Origin: Leucoraja erinacea
Taxonomy: Eukaryota
DNA length: 64,000 nt
Reading direction: 5' to 3'
Assembly: GCF_028641065.1 (NCBI RefSeq)
Contig: NC_073383.1
Coordinates: 21,700,001 to 21,764,000, forward strand
The first letter of the stretch is position 1, and the number at the start of each line of letters is the position of its first letter. The notes beneath the pieces are model-generated. The model worked only from the letters and a program-made list of their open reading frames with translations, did no database searches and had not been told where the DNA came from. Both the position numbers and the translations under genes were made by a program. Of the stretch, positions 1 through 10,325 are shown one piece after another.

Positions 1-390
1 TACACCAGTAAATCTGTAGCAGCCTCACACGGTCAGACTTCACTTACAACAGCTGACCTGCTGCTTGTGTAAACGAGTAAAGAACGTTCTACTACCACAA
101 GTAGAATTATACATATGATTTCACAATTGCTCCTAACTTGTAATAGTACACGTTGATGTACATTGCAGATCAAAGTGAAAATACTGAGCAAACCTCATGG
201 TGCCCAATTGAATAACTAGAGCATTTAAAATCATTTCAAACCAATATATACAAACGCTTCCCCTTCTGGCAGCTATACAATAAATGTGAAAAACGTTGTC
301 ATGTGCTAAGTGATTCCAATACATTGAGGCAGATACTTTGTGTAAATTACGTGGCTTCAAAACCAAGTCTTACTTTTTTTTTTGCTACAA

Positions 391-755
391 TTATTTCAAT
401 TCAGCGAGGTTGGGAGTTTCTGACATGCTCTTTGTTGGTGGGGATGGCAATGGTGAGCAAGTGTCCGATTTTTCAGAAGTTTCTATGAGCGGTGAGTCCT
501 GACTACCGCCCAAGCAGACTAGACTGCCGAGGAGGCCTTCTCTTTCTCTCTTCTTTTGTTTCATTCTTCTGTTCTGGAACCATATTTTCACCTGAGTTTC
601 ACTAAGCTGCAGAGCGTTCGCTATTTCCACACGTCTGGCCCGCGTTAAGTATTTATTGAAGTGGAATTCTTTCTCCAATTCTGTCAGTTGTTTGGTGGTG
701 AAATTTGTGCGTACATTGTTGAGGGGGCTGACGACTCCCTGGTCAGTTGGTTTGA
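391..755 (-). CDS. hoxd1: HoxD1 exon 2 (homeobox)
   Basis: Group-1 homeodomain [57 protein letters not shown]; acceptor ttttgtag|TC at 756/755; stop TAA at 391-393. Spliced CDS is 315 aa. Confidence 0.93.
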
Positions 756-1067
756 CTACAAAACACATAGAGACGAGTTAAGCAGTGTTTCGTGGGAAAC
801 AGAAACGGGTTAAGTAAGCACATTTCAACATTGGCACTTTTTCATGTCACTATTCTAGTGTTCTAACAACATTAATGCCGTTAATATGAACGTGGGAAAT
901 GAAAACGAACACCAAGAACCTCACCTTTCACCAATTACATTATCTCGGTGTCTAGAAATGGTTAGCACTGTATTATTGCTTTGAACGCACGCTACAGACG
1001 GCACCCACGAGAGCGCAGATGCGTCAGATGAAGAGGTTAAGCATTCTCACCTAAAGGTTAAACTGAC

Positions 1068-1650
1068 CTGTTTTGGGAGGATTTCTCTTCACTTTCATCC
1101 ACTCGAAGGTGTTCGCTGTGGGGATTCTTACGGTTGTGGGAGACTCCGGACTTTGGTAAAGGTCCTGAGAAGGGGATAGACTCTGGTATTGCCCGGAGTA
1201 AAAGTTTGGGAACTCTTTGCCATAGGTTTGATATTGTTCCTCCTCCTGATCACCAAATACACTGTACTCATGCCGGCTCGCATTGAACGGCAAAGAGGTG
1301 CCTCCTGAGTAAACAGAGGTGGTGTATGAGAAAAGTCCACCAGTGTCATCCAGCTCTTGGTGATCAGCGTAGGGAAAGTCACAGCCCTGGTGACTTTGAG
1401 CAAAGATGTTAACATCGGCAGTTGGAGAGGAGTTGTGGTGGTAGTTAAGTTCGAGACTAGCAGGCACGGCTTGATGGAGATGATTGAGGTGACGATGGCT
1501 GAGAGATGAATTACCTTCCCGTCCAATTGCTCCATACCGACCTTCTCCGGAGCACTGCTTCAACGGGACACATGAGGAATCGCTGCCGTAGAACTTTGGA
1601 GAAAACGACAGAATATCTGCACCCGGGATATATTCTAAATAAGAGTTCAT
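1068..1650 (-). CDS. hoxd1: HoxD1 exon 1
   Basis: Starts MNSYLEY and ends with the labial-type hexapeptide TFEWMKVKRNPPKT; donor ACAG|gtcagt (phase 1) fits exon 2. Confidence 0.93.
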
Positions 1651-2664
1651 TCTTCCAATGACGGGCTGGAGGGCAATGCGATGCTTGGCGCGGCTTGATT
1701 ACTGTCTATTCCCGAACAACATAACAGATCTTTCACTTCCGACGTAGAGGAAGTAAATATTCCTAATATAGAGCAGGGGAGTCACGTTACCACACCCGCC
1801 CAATCACAGCAACCACTAGCATCGCTATTCCATGGCGGTCGGAGGTCCCCGCTTATCTCCGAGAGGAGTGGACCCTTCATTGCGCACATCTTCCATTAGG
1901 ATCACATCATCAGCACAGCGAGCAGAGATGTCCGCAGTGCAAAGCCCATGCAGCGCTCGATGCTCAGAGAGGTAAGCGCTCACTGTTACCTGGGGTCGGG
2001 GACGCGTGTTATCGATGCACAGCAAGGAGAAGGCGATGGTGGCGCACACGGCGTAAGGCGCTCCCTTCCTTTGCTGCTAGCACTTGTTTTATGGCAGGGT
2101 GATCATCCAAATAGGGGGTGCAATCATGACAGAGTCACGGACTGAGTTACTATAGTTACATCACCAACAAATCAATGACAGACTACGTCTAAAGGCCGTT
2201 TAAACAGTTTCAGGTTTTGCTGGCAGGGTCCCGTTCTGCAACGCGGTGCAAATAGCTTTTATTTTTTAAAGCCTTTTTCTCTGGTAGGCGCTGTTTTACT
2301 TCAGAGTATTGCCAAACAACGCCATGGTCAGATCGGTTTAGGAATGATTTTAGTGAGTAGCTAAAGGGGCGTTTAAAGACCAAATTATGTCGGATAATCC
2401 AGTAGATGGGGAGTTTGCGATTGCTAACGCTGGGGCCTGCTGTTCAAACATGCAGAGGCAACGATTAACTCTCTCACTGGAGATATAACACATAAGCAGA
2501 TGTCCTTATCTGTCCAAACGGTAACTTGTCAATGTTTAATAATGGCACTAAAAGATGCAAAATTGCATCAAAACTGAAATAGGTATAAATATGTAATTAT
2601 ATAAATAAGAGACTGAAGTAGGTTAAGAGCTTCCTTTTTGCTCATCTGTCTGAACAGTATTGAG

Positions 2665-2758
2665 CAGAAGCAAATCGCTGGAGGAACTCAAAGTACCAGA
2701 CAGCATCTGTGGACGAAATCGATAGACGACGTTACAGGTTCCGGTCCTTCATCCGGAC
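2665..2758. mobile_element. Decayed interspersed-repeat fragment next to an assembly gap
   Basis: gctggaggaactca...cagcatctgtgga resembles the fragment at 14717-14797 and a repeat I recall as common in ray/skate genomes; family not verified. Confidence 0.5.
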
Positions 2759-3143
2759 NNNNNNNNNNNNNNNNNNNNNNNNNNNNNNNNNNNNNNNNNN
2801 NNNNNNNNNNNNNNNNNNNNNNNNNNNNNNNNNNNNNNNNNNNNNNNNNNNNNNNNNNNNNNNNNNNNNNNNNNNNNNNNNNNNNNNNNNNNNNNNNNNN
2901 NNNNNNNNNNNNNNNNNNNNNNNNCTCAAAGTGGTGGGGGGGGGGGGGGTTCTTACACTCTGCTATCTCCACCTGCTACACATAGCGTTTTGTGATATAG
3001 CGATTATATATTTAAATAGTGATACATATGGATTTAAACAAATAGATTCATATTAAGATGATATTATGATAATGATCATCATATTCACTTTTAGATTGTA
3101 AAGTTTTAAAAAAACAAAAATATAATGTTTTCCCGACTGCTCC

Positions 3144-3144
<1 letters not shown>

Positions 3145-3189
<45 letters not shown>
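3145..3189. repeat. Poly-C homopolymer (45 nt)
   Basis: Seen directly. Confidence 0.95.
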
Positions 3190-4017
3190 ACCCACATTTG
3201 TTCAGAGAAATCGATACTACAATTTAATATTGTGATTCATTTGGCAAATGTGTGCACATATAATTCTGTCCTGGGACCTTTCCGCGGTAGAAACTGAGTA
3301 GAAGCCTTTGACCTGGCAAAGCACTTTCTGGCAATTGTTCTTTTTAATCGCCAGGGGCAGTATGCATTCTCATTCATTTCGCTAGCTTGTTGGCACAGTG
3401 TCTGAAGCCTGTTTGTGTTAATGGATACAATTGTTTTTGTTTGAAAGAGACTTCTTCAATCGTATAAAAAGAGTGAATGTATGATCGATATAAAGGGTTC
3501 TGAATTTAAAACAACTCTTTGCAGCTAAGTGTGTTTGCCCTGCGTCCACATTTCTGCTATTTTTCTTGTCTGTACCAACCGATCTACAAGTGAATTCTAA
3601 TCCCTCTGCCTAAATGTTCAAAGTCAGCCACCCGAGTCATTCCCTTACATTCTGCTCTCGTGTCCCCTCGCAATCGGATGTTGCTGAGGGCCTGAGTAGT
3701 AATAACGTTTCTCATTGCTATTTTGCGCTTTTGCCTTAAAAGGTTCAGCGTGGAAAAGCTTTTCCAGTTCACGTTGCGGCCATATCTTTTAAAAAAAACT
3801 GTTATGCATAATTCAGAGGGAAGTGAGTTTGAGAGCTTTGAAAGCATAGTTCCCACGGATTTGCAAATGACTAAATTCCTGCATACACAATTCAGCATAT
3901 GCGCATTCTCATTCACTTCACATTTGTCTTTTGCTAATATGCCTCTTCCGTGTTTTGTGAAGGATATACGCAGCATTCCAAACTTTAAAAAAAAGAAAAA
4001 CATCATAACAGTGTTTT

Positions 4018-4110
4018 GAAGACTTGCATTTATATAGCGCCTTTCAGGTCCCATTCCGGACGCCCCTAAACGTTTCAACGCCAGTGAAGTACTTTTGAAG
4101 TATAGTCACA
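4018..4110 (-). mobile_element. 3' tail fragment of a chondrichthyan SINE (SacSINE1/DeuSINE-like)
   Basis: acttgcatttatatagcgccttt...gccagtgaagtacttttgaagtatagtcac matches my recollection of the reverse-complemented shark SINE tail; not database-checked. Confidence 0.6.
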
Positions 4111-5378
4111 GATAAGTTACATAAACACAGCGCTCCTTGTTTACATGATAATTTAAAATACTCCCTTTCCATAGTGTTGTTATACGGAACTATACAGTGC
4201 AATCACGATCATTTTCTTTATATCGATATGTTTAGATTGTTCTTTGATTATGCAACGTTACAAGTGCATGGAATAGGGATCCACGCAAGTGCCTATTCAT
4301 TAGTGCTGATATCTAGGTAGTAGTACACGTCTGTATGTTTAGCAGCCAGCGATATAAAGACGCTCACTTCGGAACACCTTTTGCATAATTTAACATTGCA
4401 CAGCTCCGAATGGTTTATCTTACCGACAATAGTGTGATTTGCAAATGCAAAAAGTAAACTCCGATTCCCAAAGCTTCAAAAACCTATGCATTCCACATCC
4501 AAATAATGTTTAAAGTTTTGTGATGTTGTTTTCTTTTAACCGCTGCACGCAAGTCTGCCAAAGGGGGTTGATTGATTATTTGAATGTAGGAAACCTTTCA
4601 ATATTTATTTAATGTAATCGCAACTTTACTTTTTTTTAAATGAAGGGGCAGTATCAGACCCACGTGCTTAGTTGTTTAAATACATAGGCAACTAGTCTTG
4701 TTTGCAATACTGTCAACCCCTGTCTATGATCTCTCCCGCAAGTAGTTGAAGTAATCTTGAAACAGATCCTTTTATTTGGACAGTATTCGGCGAAAATGAC
4801 TGAACCATACATGGCGTGACATATCCGAAGTGGATGACACACTTATTTTTTAATCTCAGATTGTGTTCACTCCATTAAATTGTGTGGGACTGGGCCCAAA
4901 TTAAAGTCTGATTCTAGATTCAAAGAATGGCGCATTTTTCATATGACGCCGGTAAATCTTATCGTTTCACTTGATACTAGGCAGTTTAAACAACTAACAT
5001 AGTGGATATGACTTTTCTGCAGAATTTAACCAACCATTTGGAGATAAAAAGTTCTCCTGGTGCAGATTACTCTGAGTTGGTTACGGGTTGTGAAATAAAC
5101 TAGCCATGTCAAAAAATTTCCCACGCTTTCCAATAAAACATTGGATACGTAGGAGGCTAGTCTCCATCTTAATGCGGTAATCACATGGGGCGGAGTTGGA
5201 GTGAGAGTGGGGGAGGGGAGGGGGAAGGATGTGGGCCATTTCGACATCTGGAGATGAAAGGATCAGTTTGAAAAAATAACCATTCGGGGCGAGTTGCTTT
5301 GCTTTTTGTAACTCACCAAGAATACCAGGACTAGTTTAGCTTTCACTTTATCGTTCGCGGTGATTGAAGTCATAAATT

Positions 5379-5527
5379 CATAAGTTCTCGGAGCAGAATT
5401 AGGCCATTCGGCCCATCATGTCGCATCAATTCGGTCCATCAGATCTATCTTTCCCTCGCAACCCCATTCTCCTGCCCCCAACCCCCCCCCCCCCCACCCA
5501 ACCCCTGACACCCGTACTAATCAAGAA
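5379..5527. mobile_element. Retroposon (CR1-type LINE/SINE tail) fragment
   Basis: ggagcagaattaggccattcggcccatc...aaccccattctcctgcc...acccgtactaatcaagaa resembles a high-copy elasmobranch repeat; from recall only. Confidence 0.65.
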
Positions 5528-8500
5528 CAAGTCATGCATTCTATTTTTCCAAGCTAAGTTCCTTTATTCAGCACCAAAAATAGAAATCATGATTTTCTTT
5601 CAATCCCCGTCAGTAATAACAATTAGACTAGTTTTCCATTAACTGTACTGTGAATCGACAAGAGGAAACGCAAGGTTGTAAATAAAATATAGTGGGGTTT
5701 TATACATTAGGGATTCCTTCAATCTACATCTATTAGTGCCACATTTTAAGAGGTTAATGCAAATGACCCAATACCACCAAAGCAGTCATACATGAAAATA
5801 ATTTAAGCACACATAGCTTTCGCATCCAAATCAGTATTATTGGTGTCCTTGAAATGCTTTACCCTCTTTAACGAGAAGTAAGTTGGGATCCAGATTTGCC
5901 GAAGACTGGCCGTACGGAAGGTTTCGTCTGTAGTGTGATTAGACTGGTGTGTTATTCGTTTTCGCATTTGTCCGCTTTGGCAGCGGTTGCTGGAGGGATC
6001 CCAGCTGGCCTTGGCTTGCTTTAAAGTAGGAGGAACTGCTGTCGAGGGAAAAGTGCAGATTTCATGATTGATGAACTCTTAACAATGCCCCACTGACAGC
6101 CTTGCATCCAGAGTTAGCTGCGAGTCTTTCAGCAGAACTCCTTATTTGCTAGTACCTTGTTTCAAATTCCAAAATTAGCCTTCCTTTTCATTTGCAATTG
6201 CGCTTTTATAGCCATCACGTTTGTAAAATAAACGGAAACAGTGGTAGTAAATATACCAGCTACTTGTCAATATAAACATGAAATATGATGACTGATTTTG
6301 CTGTCACGTGACCGTTTGCTCAAGGGTTCCTGGAGAGCTGCTGTTTATTGCCAAGAACACTAAACAACGCACTCACTTTTTTTTCTGAGTGGGAGTTTAA
6401 TATTTTTGGGAAGCATTTATTGTTCTCCACTAAATAAAACGGTAAAATCTTCATAACCCAATGAGCCACTTGTTTCTGTGAACGAGCTGGACGGAGTGAT
6501 CTGTGTGCACTGAACCAAAGCACAACGTTTGACTTGGGGAAGTGAGTTTATTGCTAATTTCATCAGCTTTTAATGCAGATGGAATAAACACGTTACAATT
6601 AAATATGCTGAAAAGTGTTTACTATTTTTGCTGTGATATATTTGCAAGTGAAGTTAAAGAGGATTAATAACTTCTTTTGAATGTATCGTTTCTGATGGAA
6701 CCAAGTGAGCAATTAATTAAATAGATTTGTTTCTTTCAAGTAAATAATGACATTAAATGTAAAACAATATTTGCCACTTTTTGGCAGTTAATCGTTAAAT
6801 GGAAAGGACTTTTCCTCGAGCGTTTTGTAATAAAAAGTGTGATCTTGCCACAAATAGATTCCTATGATTTGGCTGCTCACGGGCCGACGTTTTTTCTCGT
6901 TTAAAAAAAAGACATAAAATAATTTTTGAAAAATAAATATTTATTGGCCATTACAAATGTGCATCGTGGGCGTTCCAACGCGCAATTCTGGCACAATCAG
7001 CAGTGGTTGCTAATAACAATGTGTGTGGGCGTGTTAAATATTTTAAAACTGCATTTTCCCCCCTAAGTAAAATGTTATTCTTTGTCTGCTGAACGCCTAA
7101 GGTGGACTTTTTTAAACAGCACACGTGTTCACCTTCAGAAAGAGGAAACGATTTGCATCTTTTCTTCGAAATAACTGGTGAATTTCTGGCTTAGACTGTG
7201 ATGCATTTTATGTCCCTTTACATTATTTTCAGCCACCATCAAACGCAATAAATTTCATGGTCGTGAAAATTGATAAATGGCTGGGGTATTATTTTTCGAG
7301 AATACAACATTTTTAAAATCTAGGTTTTAACAATAAATTTGTGGGGGAGGGGCGGTCATATCAACATTGCTTTTACATGGAGTTTTTAAAAAACTTGTTA
7401 CAATTAGATCTTTACCATTTTTTTTTAACTTTAGACTAGATATAGCGCGAAGATTTTTTCCTCGAAGTATTGCACAAGATTTAGAAATATGAATATCACA
7501 CGTAATAGGCTAATCGGGCCTCAAATTGTGCAAGACAAAGAAATAATTTCCACTTGAAATACAATTTTGATTTGCTATGTCATTCATTTGTAATACACTA
7601 TGTAATACATTTGATTTGTTATTCAGCGCTGGAAATGTATTCATATTTGGTTTATATTTCCAAATGTCACGCATTTCTTCGGGGGTACCCTGGTTGGAAG
7701 CTGGAAATTGAGTTATATATGAACCTTTTGTTCTACCACCTCTTGTCAGTGGGTACTCATATATGACTATTCAGCTGCTAAATTCTTAGTCTAACAAAAT
7801 GGCGCCTTTCCTTGGTATCGCTTGGGATTGCTAAGAGTTTTCTTCAGGAAAAACATATCTAATAACCGGGTAGTTTTATAATTGAAAATTACATACATCT
7901 TCATGCGAATGAAGAGGATCTCTCTAGTCTTTCAGGTATTAAAACAATAAGAGAAACATCTTTGATATTTAATTATGAATAAAAATCTACAATGCAGCTT
8001 GAAAAATTGATCCTTTAGTGATATATAAAACCTGATTAAAAAAAAAATTGTTGAGATCCATAAGCCTGAAAGGAGCTCCCACGATTTGTAATTAATTTAG
8101 TTTCTATAACAACCAATCTGTCTGTTATAAGGAACAGTAGTGTTATCATAAATAGCGAGTTTTGATTAATCCAGAACACAATTATTGCTATTTTTGTTTG
8201 CTTGTTGGTTGATTTTTTTTTCTTTTTCTTTCTAGGAATGTGGCTGCTTTAGATTTTGGACTGACACAGATCATCTATGGGGCTGAATGTGATCGGCAGA
8301 GTCAGAATGGGCACAATCAACTGTTATATTTTATCCTTGCTTGCATATTTTTATGTTGATTTTTTTAATACAAAGCTAATATATAATCTGTTATTTAAGA
8401 ACGTAATTAGTTTTGGAAAATCTGCAATACTCGACATATTTATACTATTCAAAATAAAATATTGAAAATAATTTTATTTCTTGCACTTCATTAAATTTTC

Positions 8501-8682
8501 TCCGAACTCATTGTTTTCATTCATGGCATCATGCTGGTATGAACTGAGGTCCATAGTTGACTATGCCTCGGACCAAGAGGATTGTACTAAATGACACGAC
8601 TTTCCAATTATTTCGTAGCTGCTGGAGATAGCACACATTAGAGTATCTCAGCAGAGTGTGTGTGGATATGTTGGAATTCGAA

Positions 8683-9425
8683 CTAAAACTGCAATTGCTG
8701 CAAATCAGTGGAACTAAAACTGTCACTTAAAAAGTCAAACACATTGGACGGAATAGCCAGCGTGTCTTCGTTTTCCAACAAAGACATATGAGGTAAATCT
8801 TCCAGCAGATCTAGACGGGGTTCGATTGTAATTTTGTCTAAGTCCTCCAGAGATGGGATACTGAAGCTCTCCGGACTACTGGGGCTTGTTCCAGCTGAGC
8901 AGTTCTTCAGTATAGGTAGCAGGCAGTCGGTTTCATCTGAACTCTGAGGGAAAGGATAGTTCTCCGATCCCTCAGTGGGGATCAGAGAGGTACCAACACT
9001 GAGCAGATCCCTGCCGATATCGCTCAATGTATCTTTATGTGTAAGACCACATATATCTTGCTTTGTAGTGCTTTCACTGTATAATGAACTCAACATTTTA
9101 TTTAAAGGTGCCTCAAAACTTCTCGTGGAAAATCCACTCTGATTAACACTGTTGGCAACGTGGCGCTTTGATTCGGCATTTTGGCTTTGTTTGAATCGAG
9201 TTTGCCTCTTGTGTTTCATGCGCCTGTTCTGAAACCAGACTTTGACTTGCCGTTCTGTTAAATCGAGGAGAGCTGCGATTTCTACCCTCCGTGGTCTACA
9301 AAGGTATTTATTGTAATGAAATTCCTTCTCAAGCTCCAACAGCTGATTGTTAGTGTAAGTGGTTCGTAGTCTCCTGGAACTGTCAAAAGGACTCCCGTTA
9401 TCCGGCTCATTGAGCTCTTCGTTTT
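8683..9425 (-). CDS. hoxd2: HoxD2 exon 2 (homeobox)
   Basis: Group-2 homeodomain [60 protein letters not shown]; C-terminus DLQQLQF is Hox2-like; acceptor ttgttacag|AA at 9426/9425. Spliced CDS is 362 aa. Confidence 0.92.
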
Positions 9426-9790
9426 CTGTAACAAATAAAGAAAAGTTTCGATAAATCATCTCAGTTTCCAACCAAATAATCCAGCAACATAAAATGGCCG
9501 TCTCCGTGACACCGAATGTTTCCATTAATGGCCCCAAGCAAAGCAATAGAGAGATAATACGGATGCTCTGCTGTAGTATAGTCCAGCTATTGGTAAGCAC
9601 ACACACAAGATCAAAAGAGCTTTACTTTCTGAATCCTGTTAAGAGAAGGCGTGAGCATTTTATAGGCATGACACCTTTCAGATAATTAAACCTTTGCTTC
9701 TGCTTCAGAATTGGCCTTTAATTTGAAAATAACAACTGCCTCTGTACGCCAAATTAAAACTAAAATACAAGTAAATATTATTAACCCGAC

Positions 9791-10136
9791 CTTCATTGGA
9801 AGAACAAGACGAAACTGATCCTGGCGCGGGGATAGTTTTTTTCTTGTGTTTTTTCTTCTCTCTCATCCACGGGTATTCCAGAGGTTTATCCCTTAACGTG
9901 GACCGACCAATGCCTTTTGAAGTGTGGGTTTTCCCATTTTGGTGTGTGTTACCAGGGTCCAAGCTGCAGAAGCTGTGCTCAAAAGGAGGAGGAATCAGTG
10001 TCGAATGTGAAAGCGTCGAGTTCTTGATTGATGAACTTTGAAATGTCTCGCTTACAGGAGGCAAGGATGGCAGGCACTCGGCAAGCGACGGCTCACTATT
10101 GATAAAACCAACCTCTCGCTCAAATTCGCTGTTCAT
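9791..10136 (-). CDS. hoxd2: HoxD2 exon 1
   Basis: Hox2 N-terminus [29 protein letters not shown] motif and hexapeptide EYPWMREKK; donor GAAG|gtcggg (phase 1). Confidence 0.92.
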
Positions 10137-10303
10137 TTCTGCTCGGGGAGAATCGGTGGAAAATTGCTTATTTGACAATTATTTTGAAAAAAAAATGTAT
10201 ATTTATAAAATATACTGATTGCAAACGCTAAGGGAGTGTGCTATTATTAAACTATGTCTATTGAATAGACGGTCCCGACGTTGAGATGAGGCTGGTTTTA
10301 TCG

Positions 10304-10325
10304 TCACATGATCGCCAGAACCAAT
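10304..10325. promoter_or_regulatory. HoxD2 proximal promoter: E-box-like TCACATGA plus CCAAT
   Basis: TCACATGA-n9-CCAAT about 170 bp upstream of the ATG; same layout as upstream of HoxD9. Confidence 0.6.

Noticed and set aside
2638-3056. ORFs running through the N gap (also 23350-24019, 29190-29654, 63761-63985)
   Set aside because: Artefacts of unknown bases and microsatellites.
3584-4078. 164-aa minus-strand ORF and the overlapping 98-aa plus-strand ORF
   Set aside because: No recognisable domain, non-ATG start, and overlap with a repeat fragment.
9426-9606. N-terminal extensions of homeobox ORFs in the track (also for D1, D3, D4, D8)
   Set aside because: Intronic read-through upstream of the true splice acceptors.
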